A stretch of DNA of 64,000 bases from Macrostomum lignano (Eukaryota). Below, in pieces: positions 50,401 through 62,985 of the stretch (position 1 is the first letter of the stretch; each line of letters opens with the position of its first letter). Below the pieces are notes generated by a model. That model saw nothing but the letters and a program-made list of their open reading frames with translations. It was not told the origin of the DNA and did no database searches. The stretch spans positions 62,001 through 126,000 of the forward strand of contig NIVC01000168.1 in the NCBI GenBank assembly GCA_002269645.1, read 5' to 3'. The position numbers and the translations under genes were made by a program.

Positions 50401-53400
50401 GCTGTCTGTCCCAAAGTTGACGCACATGCCTTAGAATGACCAAACGCGTCTTAAGGTGACGTGACCTACAGTGGCTTACGGTGTATCTGAGTGACCGACC
50501 GTGTCTTTGAGTGAGTGTATGTGTTTTTAGAGTGACCGATCGTGTATTCAGAGTGCCTAACGGTATCTAAGAATGATCTTGAATTCGACTCCAACATCAA
50601 AATTAGAGTCACTATCTTAAAATGGACAAATTTATCTAAGTATACATGGGCCCGTGTCTAATTGCCACTTTTTTCAGAGATGGGTCCTGTAGAACTGGCT
50701 GCAGCCGTAAATTAGCTATGCAGAAAACGCAATCTTGATAATTTGATTGAACACAGCGCCTATACTGCATATCTCATCTTGATCGTCTTTCTGGCCCACT
50801 ACTGTCGGCGTTGAACCTTGCAATGTTTTTCTGACAAGCAGTGTAAAATTCTACATGCATGTTGCTAGCCTTCTTTCAGCCGGCTTGACACAATATCTGA
50901 AACAATCAATAACGCACAGCTGATTAGGCAAGAATGCAGGCAGGTACGCATTAGTGCACATTGCGTTGACCTCCGCTGTTGCAACTGCTGGATCCGCTGG
51001 GACAAAACCATGAGGCAAAGAAGACGAGGAAGAAATACAGAAATACAGAAATACAGAAATGGAAGAGGTTAAACTACGAGGCTGCATCTACAATATACGA
51101 GCGTACATGCAAATAATCGCTCTCCGCTAAATGCGCAAGCCAATGCTAATGACTATGGGAACCGCTTGGGTCGTTTGTTGGGCCGTATGTTATATGCTTG
51201 CATTATGTGCATATAATGCACGTACATTTACATGTACGTTACCAGCGTCAGTGGACATTTTGTCGCCCATCTGGAACTGCGACGACAAAAAATACGCACA
51301 TTTTTTCGTTGACTCGGGTTGGGGGGGGGGTAGCTTTAGTTGCTGAAATGCAATTTCGAGTTATGGTTATTACTTGACTTTTCGTTCCCCCGTCGAAGTT
51401 TCAGCCCGGCTGTATCTTGTTTCCAATCTCCGCCTCTTTCATCCGCTGCGGCCCAGTCTCTAGACATACTTATGCATGCTAAGCCATCGCGCTTCGCTTC
51501 AAAAGCTATGCACTAAGGGATTTTAGTCAAACAGTCTCCTATGGCATACGTTATCTGCTAGACCATGTAGCACTACCGGTAATCCTCCTATGGCTACAAC
51601 AAAAAGCAGCCATAATAGTTGAGATTTAAGACGCATTGATGACAAATCCTAATAATCTTCTAAGTCGGACGGAAAGGTGTATTATATTGCTAGATAGTGA
51701 CACTGCATTCTAGTTAGGAAAAGTGTGCACGTGGTTCTATATGCATATCGTTATAAACTTATCGGATTTTACAGTTCTCCGACTGGGCCTACTGTTTACC
51801 CTGCGTTTTTAGTTTCTTCACATCACACATGATTCATCTAACACCTTCATCACGCAAGGAGGGAGCTTTAACAACTGCAACAAAGGACATTATTACTTTG
51901 AACCCCAATGTCACGGCTATGCGCACTTCACTGTGCCTTGGGGTTGACTCTCAAGGGCGTTAATTGTACGGCTAGAACCAAACCGAAGTTTTAGAGGGGA
52001 GCCGTAGCCGTAACGATAAAGTGCCCTTGTGCATATTCTTACGTACGCATAATATAAATATATATATGTACTTTACACACACACTGTTTAAGAGATATGA
52101 GTTTAGTTAGAGGCAGGGGGCTGTGTGCACCCTGGCGCACTTTAAGCGACATTGTCACACAACCGGCGAGAGGCATTACTGCCCATTCCGCCGACTCCCC
52201 TGAGCAGGCACAAAAGCGCGCGGATACGTACGCAGTCATACGCACAGGCACACACTCACACAGGAGTGTACAGCGGCCCTAACTTTATTTATCGCTAGGC
52301 ATGTACACTTCAATGTGCCTTGGGGGCACGAGCAGAGCCAAGCCGAGATTCCAATTTAGCCCCAGATTAATATCACTGCACTTGGAATCGAGCCTGGGCC
52401 GCTAGCATATCAGAGTCATATAGTTCTTTATGATTGTTCTCCGTCTGAGTAACCCAGTGTTTGAGTCTCGTCTATAATGTCTCCTCATTTGTTGGGTTAC
52501 AAAATTTAAGATGTCGTTATCTTTTAGCAAATCAAATATGCTTTTTAGACTTTTTCATTCCCTTGCGGCTTCAAAATGGAAACGGTTTTGTTCGCCCAAG
52601 CTCTTAAAAATTAAAACAGTTTTTTTAATGAAAGAGACTTTTTCGTCAAGTTGCACATTAACTCGCCCTGACAGGCAGACAGTGCCACAAACGGAATTAT
52701 TTAATAATAAGGTTTTAGGTTTCTCACTAATATATGTAACTATAAATAGGCCGTATCTTTCGTCTGGCTACTTTTGCGGATAGATGATCATTTTTTACGG
52801 TTGGTTTAGTTCTGGGAGATGTGGCAGGATTATGTAGAGGCTGTTATACTTTTTGCAAACAGGCTCAACTAAGGAGTAGAGGGGAATTTATTGATTTTCT
52901 AGAAACTTCTTTAACCAAGCATGTTGCGTCCTGTTGTTAGTGACAAGTTTCTGTATAAAGAGTCAAGCAGTTTGGCTGCTTCCACAAGACGAACAGTGAG
53001 CAGTTGGAGTTGTAAGGTTAAGCTGAAAAGCTCTCTCTTGAAAGAAAATCAATAGCTTGATGACAAACTGCATATGCTGACTACCTTTGCGCCTCATTTT
53101 GTACTTTCTCGCTTTCTAAGCCCTTCTTACTTGAGCTGAGTGATGTGTGCTTGTGCTTCCTACGTGCTATCAATATACTTGCACCGCATGACCTTTCTCC
53201 TCTCAGATGTAGCTAGTAGCGGGGGGGTTATAATGCGAGCATTGAATCTTTATTAATAATTTTCCATTTTTTCTGTCCAACTTCTCTTGCTCTCCTCTCT
53301 CTCTCCTCTCTCTCTATTTCTTTCTGGTCAATTTTTCTTTTTTTTCTTTTTGCTCGGGCATCGTTATTGAGGCATCGGGCTGCAAGCTGGAACGATTCTT

Positions 53401-56400
53401 CTTTAATTAATTCATCCTTCTATTCCTCATTTCTCTCTTTCCCTCTTCCCTTCCTAGTCATTTCGTGCTCGATCGAACCAATTCCTGACGATAACCTCCG
53501 GTTCTCCGTTTTTTTAATTCTATACATACACACTGCACTTTAGACGAAACTATTATGTAGAGTATTCTGCTCATAGAGTAAGATCACTTAGGCTCAGATC
53601 AATTTAATATATTCATACTTGTACTGGGGGCTATTGATTGCCCCGATGAATTAAAATTCCTGCGTAGGCCACTGATTAGAGGTCTGCAGAATGAGTGCTT
53701 GTCTAAAAAGTATTCTTTTTTGATTACCAAACATCAGGAAGTCTCCCGGAACATCAGCGACCTCCGCTGCAGCCGCCGCGGACCCCAATGTCAGCTGCCT
53801 GCTGCACCCGAGCCACGCTGAATTCGGCTACCTGCCGGCTAAGGCTTGGAAAAACTCCGTGGATTGGACTGTGAGAGTTGCTATGACCCTTGCTATGACC
53901 GATCATTGAATGACCTGGGTGATGACCAGCCCCTTGTTATGACCGATCATCTAATGACCTGGATGATGCCATACCCTTGCTTTGACCGATCATCTAATGA
54001 CCTGGATGATGACATACCCTTGCTATGACCGATCATCTAATGACCTGGATGATGACATACCCTTGCTATGACCGATCATCTAATGACCTGGATGATGCCA
54101 TACCCTTGCTTTGACCGATCATCTAATGACCTGGATGATGACATACCCTTGCTATGACCGATCATCTAATGACCTGGATGATGACATACCCTTGCTATGA
54201 CCGATCATCTAATGACCTGGATGATGACATACCCTTGTTATGACCGATCATCTAATGACCTGGATGATGCCATACCCTTGCTTTGACCGATCATCTAATG
54301 ACCTGGATGATGACCGACCCTTGTTATGACCGATCATCTAATGACCTGAATGATGACCGACCCTTGTTATGACCGATCATCTAGCTATATTTACCTGAAT
54401 TATGAGCAACGCATATTATGAAATTACTAATGTAATACCAATTGCAGGACTCTGCCGTGAACGGTGAGCACACCTGGATTGACACCGGAGCTAGCGGCGA
54501 TTTTTGCTACGTTGGAGAGTCCGACTGTTGCGTGAGTTCAGTGTCACTCTGTCGCTTGATTTTTTATCGAGTCTTCTATGCACAAGATTTCTCATTCCTT
54601 TGTAATAATTCGAGAAAGCGTCTTCCTTTTGCAGAAATCTGGCAGTAAAAAGAAGTGCACAGCTTGTAAAATTATCATTCACACTGGCTGCTTTGCTCAG
54701 CTAGAAAAGGTGAGATGCTTTGGGGGCTGGTGTTTGCCGAGATGGTTGAGAGACGGTTGAGAGAGGGTTGAGAGAGGGTTGTGAGACGGTTGAAAGAGAG
54801 TTGAGAAAGGGTTGAGAGAGGGTTGTGAGACGGTTGAAAGAGAGTTGAGAAAGGGTTGAGAGAGGGTTGTGAGACGGTTGAAAGAGGGTTGAGAAAGGGT
54901 TGAGAGAGGGTTGAGAGAGGGTTGTGAGACGGTTGAAAGAGGGTTGAGAAAGGGTTGAGAGAGGGTTGAGAGAGGGCTGTGAGACGGTTGAAAGAGGGTT
55001 GAGAAAGGGTTGAGAGAGGGTTGTGAGACGGTTGAAAGAGGGTTGAGAAACGGTTGAGAGAGGGTTGTGAGACGGTTGAAAGAGGGTTGAGAAAGGGTTG
55101 AGAGAGGGTTGTGAGACGGTTGAAAGAGGGTTGAGAAACGGTTGAGAGAGGGTTGTGAGACGGTTGAAAGAGGGTTGAGAAACGGTTGAGAGAGGGTTGT
55201 GAGACGGTTGAAAGAGGGTTGAGAAAGGGTTGAGAGAGGGTTGTGAGACGGTTGAAAGAGGGTTGAGAAAGGGTTGAGAGATGGTTGTGAGACGGTTGAA
55301 AGAGGGTTGAGAAAGGGTTGAGAGAGGGTTGTGAGACGGTTGAAAGAGGGTTGAGAAAGGGTTGAGAGAGGGTTGTGAGACGGTTGAAAGAGGGTTGAGA
55401 AAGGGTTGAGAGAGGGTTGTGAGACGGTTGAAAGAGGGTTGAGAAAGGGTTGAGAGAGGGTTGTGAGACGGTTGAAAGAGGGTTGAGAGAGGGTTGTGAG
55501 ACGGTTGAAAGAGGGTTGAGAAAGGGTTGAGAGAGGGTTGTGAGACGGTTGAAAGAGGGTTGAGAAAGGGTTGAGAGATGGTTGAGAGACGGTTGAAAGA
55601 GGGTTGAGAGAGGGTTGTGAGACGGTTGAAAGAGAGTTGAGAAACGGTTGAGAGAGGGTTGTGAGACGGTTGAAAGAGGGTTGAGAAAGGGTTGAGAGAG
55701 GGTTGTGAGACGGTTGAAAGAGGGTTGAGAAACGGTTGAGAGAGGGTTGTGAGACGGTTGAAAGAGGGTTGTGAGAGGGTTGTGAAAGGGTTGAGAGATG
55801 GTTGTGAGACGGTTGAGAGAGGGTTGTGAGAGGGTTGTGAAAGGGTTGAGAGATGGTTGTGAGACGGTTGAGAAAGGGTTGAGAGAGGGTTGAGAAAGGG
55901 TTGAGAAAGGGTTGAGAGAGGGTTGTGAGACGGTTGAAAGAGGGTTGTGAGAGGGTTGTGAAAGGGTTGAGAGAGGGTTGTGAGACGGTTGAAAAATGTG
56001 ATGGTTAAGAGAGTATTGAGAGATGGTTGAGAGATGGTTGTGAGACGGTTGAGAGAGGGTGTTGAGAGACGGCCGGCGTTTTAGGGCAGAGGCTTATGTG
56101 ACGGTATAAATAAACATGCTTAGTAAAAAGTTGATAAAAGAGATCTTCAACAAAGGAAAGCAAAGTTGCAGTTAGACAATTGAGAAGGTTGGAACGTAGC
56201 AATCAAGGATTTATATTTGGATCAACAGAAGAATAGGATGAATGAGAAAATACTTATATCGATAGCTACTAGCGTAGATAAATATAGCTTTGATCGACCG
56301 ACTGCAACTTATACTTGAACGGGATCGATAATTAGCTAGGTATATTGTAAGCATAAAAAACTTTTACAATCGTGACAATTTCGTGTTATCTCAGTTTAGT

Positions 56401-59400
56401 CATTTTCCAACCTTTTTTCCTCTTCCTATAAGGAAGTAGCGAAGGAAGGCGCAGTTCGTTTGCATTTGCACAGCACACAAAAGGCGTTGCAGCTGGGTCT
56501 ATGCGAATGGTACTGTCTGTTTGAGCTAGTGTGACAAAGCCCATATACCCGTGATAATAGAGCTAGTTTTTTAGGGGCGTATGGTGGGGTTGCCAAGCTG
56601 TGGAAAGGCAAGACTCTGGACTGTTTGCCATTGATTGCTATGCTAGTGAAATCAGATAGGATTTCAACGGCATGGGGATTATTGTCTTTCGTTGACATTT
56701 AATCCCGTTGGGTGTTCCCCTTGAATTTGTCTCATTAGGTTTATCCCTTTGGATTTATCCCCTGGGATTTATCTCCTGGGATTCATCCCCTGGGATTCAT
56801 CCCCTGGGATTCATCCCCTGGGATTTATCCCCTGGGATTCATCCCCTGGGATTTATCCCCTGGGATTCATCCCCTGGGATTTATCCCCTGGGATCTATCC
56901 CCTGGGATTTATCCCCTGGGATTTATCCCCTGGGATTTATCCCCTGGGATTTATCCCCTGGGATTTATCCCCTGGGATTTATCCCCTGGGATTTATCCCC
57001 TGGGATTTATCCCCTGGGATTTATCCCCTGGGATTTATCCCCTGGGATTTATCCCTGGGATTTATCCCCTGGGATTTATCCCCTGGGATTTATCCCCTGG
57101 GATTTATCCCCTGGGATTTATCCCCTGGGATTTATCCCCTGGGATTTATCCCCTGGGATTTATCCCCTGGGATTTATCCCTGGGATTTATCCCCTGGGAT
57201 TTATCCCCTGGGATTTATCCCCTGGGATTTATCCCCTGGGATTTATCCCCTGGGATTTATCCCCTGGGATTTATCCCCTGGGATTTATCCCCTGGGATTT
57301 ATCCCCTGGGATTTATCCCCTGGGATTTATCCCCTGGGATTTATCCCCTGGGATTTATCCCCTGGGATTTATCCCCTGGGATTTATCCCCTGGGATTCAT
57401 CCCCTGGGATTTATCCCCTGGGATTTATCCCCTGGGATTTATCCCCTGGGATTTATCCACTGGGATTTATCCCCTGGGTTTTATCCACTGGGATTTATCC
57501 TCTGGGATTTATCCCCTGGGATTTATCCCCTGGGATTCTTTCTCAGTATTGATCAGTAAAAGCAGCTATAAACTGAAGAATATGTTTAAATTGAATCCGC
57601 AGATTGCGTTCCGTTGCAAGCCCACTTTTCGAGAGGCAAATCTAAAAAATTATCGCGATGGACGACACGGAGAGGTGGGAAAGTTTTTCTTGATTTTTCT
57701 TTTTTTGCTTGAATCAGCTGATTAATGTTTTCGTGAAATATGTTTTTTTCAACCCACAGCTGTTTATTAAACATCATTGGGTGCATCGGAGGCGGCAAGA
57801 GGGAAAGTGTAAAGCTTGCGGAAAGGTGAGGATGGGATGCTGTTCGTAACTGTAATAACTGCGCTCCCATGATGGCGCTTCCTGATATTTTCTCTATCTT
57901 GTGGCGCTTTTAAGTTGGCGCCCCTGACTGGCGCCTCTTGATGGCGCTTCTTGACTGGCGCCCCTTGATAGCGCTTCTTGACTGGCGCCCCTTGATGGCG
58001 CTCCCAGAATGGCGCCCCCTGATGGCGCTCCTTGACTGGCGCCCCTTGATGGCGCTCCCAGAATGGCGCCCCTGATGGCGCTCCTTGACTGGCGCCCCTT
58101 GATGGCGCTCCCAGAATGGCGCCCCCTGATGGCGCTCCTTGACTGGCGCCCCTTGATGGCGCTCCCAGAATGGCGCCCCCTGATGGCGCTCCTTGACTGG
58201 CGCCCCTTGATGACGCTCCCTGATTGGCGCCCCTCATTCAACATCATTTCAACCTTCATCGCAGCCTTCATTTACTGCCATCCCTACCATCCTATACTCA
58301 ATCCATTCCAGTCATTCCAACAGAAGTTCCCATTCAACAACAAGGAAGTGATAGCGATCTCCTGCAGTTGGTGCAAGGCCGCCTACCACAACAAGATCAA
58401 CTGCTTCATGATGCATTTAATTGAAGAGTCCTGCAACTTCGGTTCGCACGCCTCCATCATACTGCCGCCGTCGTGGATAATTAAAGTCCCCGGCAAAGCC
58501 AAGAGTCGTTTGTCGACCAGGCGTCGAAGCAGTCACGGAAAGACGTCGTTTAAGCGTCGAAAATCCAAGACCGGATTGCAGGTGCCGGCCAACGCTGCCG
58601 CCGCTGCTGCCGCTGCCGCCGCCGCCGCCGCTGCCGCCGCTGTGGACTCGAAACAGGTCGTCGGCGGTGGCGGCGACGGTGGAAGTCCGCCTAATGGATC
58701 CCAGGGTGCCACCGCCGCAGCCATTGCTGTTGTTGGCACCGTCAGTGCCTCCGCATCAGGTTTGTTGGTGGCCTGGGGTAGAGTGGGTGATTGAGTAGAG
58801 TGGGTGATTGAGTAGAGTGGGTGATTGAGTAGAGTTGGTGATTGAGTAGAGTGGGTGATTGAGTAGAGTGGGTGATTGAGTAGGAGTGGGTGATTGAGTA
58901 GTGGGTGATTGAGTAGAGTGGGTGATTGAGTAGAGTTGGTGATTGAGTAGAGTGGGTGATTGAGTAGGAGTAAGTGATTGAGTAGTGGGTGATTGAGTAG
59001 GAGTGGGTGATTGAGTAGAGTGGCTGATTGAGTAGAGTGGCTGATTGAGTAGAGTGGCTGATTGAGTAGAGTGGCTGATTGAGTAGAGTGGCTGATTGAG
59101 TAGAGTGGGTGATTGAGTAGAGTGGGTGATTGAGTAGGAGTGAGTGATTGAGTAGTGGCTGATTGAGTAGGAGTGGGTGATTGAGTAGAGTGGGTGATTG
59201 AGTAGGAGTGAGTGATTGAGTAGTGGCTGATTGAGTAGGAGTGGGTGATTGAGTAGAGTTGGTGATTGAGTAGAGTGGGTGATTGAGTAGAGTGGCTGAT
59301 TGAGTAGAGTGGCTGATTGAGTAGAGTGGGTGACTGAGTAGAGTGGGTGATTGAGTAGAGTGGGTGATTGAGTAGAGTGGGTGATTGAGTAGGAGTGAGT

Positions 59401-62400
59401 GATTGAGTAGTGGCTGATTGAGTAGGAGTGGGTGATTGAGTAGAGTGGGTGATTGAGTAGGAGTGAGTGATTGAGTAGTGGGTGATTGAGTAGGAGTGGG
59501 TGATTGAGTAGAGTTGGTGATTGAGTAGAGTGGGTGATTGAGTAGAGTGGCTGATTGAGTAGAGTGGGTGACTGAGTAGAGTGGGTGATTGAGTAGAGTG
59601 GCTGATTGAGTAGAGTGGCTGATTGAGTAGAGTGGGTGACTGAGTAGAGTGGGTGATTGAGTAGAGTGGGTGATTGAGTAGAGTGGGTGATTGAGTAGGA
59701 GTGAGTGATTGAGTAGTGGCTGATTGAGTAGGAGTGGGTGATTGAGTAGAGTGGGTGATTGAGTACGCTCGTAGAGTGGGTGATTGAGTAGAGTGGGTGA
59801 TTGAGTAGAGTGGGTGATTGAGTAGAGTGGGTGATTGAGTAGAGTGGGCAGGTAGGTACGGTAGAGTGGTAGACTCTTCCAGGAGAAATAGATGATCAAG
59901 CATTAAACAGTCTGAATCGCTCATTCCTAGAATCCCAGCTGCCCTCCCCCTCCCCCCGACCTTGCGCAGCCGCCGCCTTAGCCCAGAGCGCCGCCCAGAG
60001 CACGCCGTTCATGATCAAACCGGTGCCGTCGCCACACGTCCGACCAGTGCTGGTGTTCATCAACCCAAGGTCCGGCGGCAATCAGGGCGCCAAGCTGATG
60101 CACAAATTCCTGTGGCTGTTGAACCCGCGACAAGTGTTCGACATGGCCCAGCACGAGCCCTCGTTTGCCTTGGAACTGTTTCGCAAGGTGCCGAATCTGA
60201 GGATACTGGTGTGCGGAGGCGACGGCACTGCAGGCTGGGTGCTGTCTACCATAGACAGGCTGGGCATCAGTCCCTGTCCACCGGTTGCCATTCTGCCGCT
60301 GGGCACTGGTAACGATCTGGCCAGAACGTTAAACTGGGGTGCCGGGTACACTGACGAGCCGTTGTCTAAGATTCTCTGCTGCGTTGAAGAGGGTCGGGTA
60401 GTGCAGCTGGACCGGTAAGCGAGGCTGCGTCTGCTACTGCCGCTTGTCCCAGAAATTTTTCCATAATGTACGACCTGAGCATCGCAGCTAATCTACCCAT
60501 GAGAATCGTGCCTAATCTACCCATGAGAATCGTGCCTAATCTACCCATGAGAATCGTGCCTAATCTACCCATGAGAATCGTGCCTAATCTATCCATGAGA
60601 ATCGTGCCTAATCTACCAATGAAAATCGTGCCTAATCTACCCATTAGAATCGTGCCTAATCTACCCATGAGAATCGTGCCTAATCTACCAATGAGAATCG
60701 TGCCTAATCTACCCATGAGAATCGTGCCTAATCTACCGATGAGAATCGTGCCTAATCTACCCATGAGAATCGTGCCTAATCTACCCATGAGAATCGTGCC
60801 TAATCTACTCATGAGAATCGTGCCTAATCTACCCATGAGAATCGTGCCTAATCTACATAGAAGCTACATGTAGTTTATTAAAAGATTTGTATTGTATTCT
60901 TTGTTGGCTTCCCATCGAAGGGCGCTGATTGCTAGTTTATATCAAATTTTGCACAGCTCAATAATTATCTGTAATTATCAGTACGGGCATTAATCTACCT
61001 ACCTGCCTGCCCCATTCATCAGGTGGAACATCACGGTGGAGCCCAACCAGGACTGCCAGCAGGAGCCGGACCCCACCGACAGGAGCACCGGCCGGCCCTA
61101 CCTCAGCGTGTTTAACAACTATTTCAGTCTGGGTGCTGACGCTGCCGTGGCTTTAGAATTTCACGAATCCAGAGGTACAAAAAAAGTGTTTACCTATGGC
61201 CGTGTCGCATTTATTTACAACTGACAGCTGACTTTTTCTATTTATTAGTTTCTTTCTAACCGAACGTTTTCTGTGTAGGTACTTTTAAACTTGTTTATCT
61301 AACTGAGCCGCTATCTTGTTTACAGAAGCAAATCCGGAGCGTTTTAACAGTCGGTTAAGGAATATCATGTTTTATGCTGGGGTAAGTTTTTAGTCACGCC
61401 TGTGAAGTATATATATGAAGTATATATATAATATTCGACAATTATGATTGATTAAGTAAATGCACTGACTGACTGACTGACTGACTGACTGACTGACTGA
61501 CTGACTGACTGACTGACTGACTGACTGACTGACTGACTGACTGACTGACTGACTGACTGACTGACTGACTGACTGACTGACTGACTGACTGACTGACTGA
61601 CTGACTGACTGACTGACTGACTGACTGACTGACTGACTGACTGACTGACTGACTGACTGACTGACTGACTGACTGACTGACTGACTGACTGACTGACTGA
61701 CTGACTGACTGACTGACTGACTGACTGACTGACTGACTGACTGACTGACTGACTGACTGACTGACTGACTGACTGACTGACTGACTGACTGACTGACTGA
61801 CTGACTGACTGACTGACTGACTGACTGACTGACTGACTGACTGACTGACTGACTGACTGACTGACTGACTGACTGACTGACTGACTGACTGACTGACTGA
61901 CTGACTGACTGACTGACTGACTGACTGACTGACTGACTGACTGACTGACTGACTGACTGACTGACTGACTGACTGACTGACTGACTGACTGACTGACTGA
62001 CTGACTGACTGACTGACTGACTGACTGACTGACTGACTGACTGACTGACTGACTGACTGACTGACTGACTGACTGACTGACTGACTGACTGACTGACTGA
62101 CTGACTGACTGACTGACTGACTGACTGACTGACTGACTGACTGACTGACTGACTGACTGACTGACTGACTGACTGACTGACTGACTGACTGACTGACTGA
62201 CTGACTGACTGACTGACTGACTGACTGACTGACTGACTGACTGACTGACTGACTGACTGACTGACTGACTGACTGACTGACTGACTGACTGACTGACTGA
62301 CTGACTGACTGACTGACTGACTGACTGACTGACTGACTGACTGACTGACTGACTGACTGACTGACTGACTGACTGACTGACTGACTGACTGACTGACTGA

Positions 62401-62954
62401 CTGACTGACTGACTGACTGACTGACTGACTGACTGACTGACTGACTGACTGACTGACTGACTGACTGACTGACTGACTGACTGACTGACTGACTGACTGA
62501 CTGACTGACTGACTGACTGACTGACTGACTGACTGACTGACTGACTGACTGACTGACTGACTGACTGACTGACTGACTGACTGACTGACTGACTGACTGA
62601 CTGACTGACTGACTGACTGACTGACTGACTGACTGACTGACTGACTGACTGACTGACTGACTGACTGACTGACTGACTGACTGACTGACTGACTGACTGA
62701 CTGACTGACTGACTGACTGACTGACTGACTGACTGACTGACTGACTGACTGACTGACTGACTGACTGACTGACTGACTGACTGACTGACTGACTGACTGA
62801 CTGACTGACTGACTGACTGACTGACTGACTGACTGACTGACTGACTGACTGACTGACTGACTGACTGACTGACTGACTGACTGACTGACTGACTGACTGA
62901 CTGACTGACTGACTGACTGACTGACTGACTGACTGACTGACTGACTGACTGACT

Positions 62955-62985
<31 letters not shown>

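Noticed and set aside
57865-58235. CCCCTTGATGGCGCT as a tandem CTCF-like site
   Set aside because: Resemblance only; there is no binding evidence and the host may lack CTCF.
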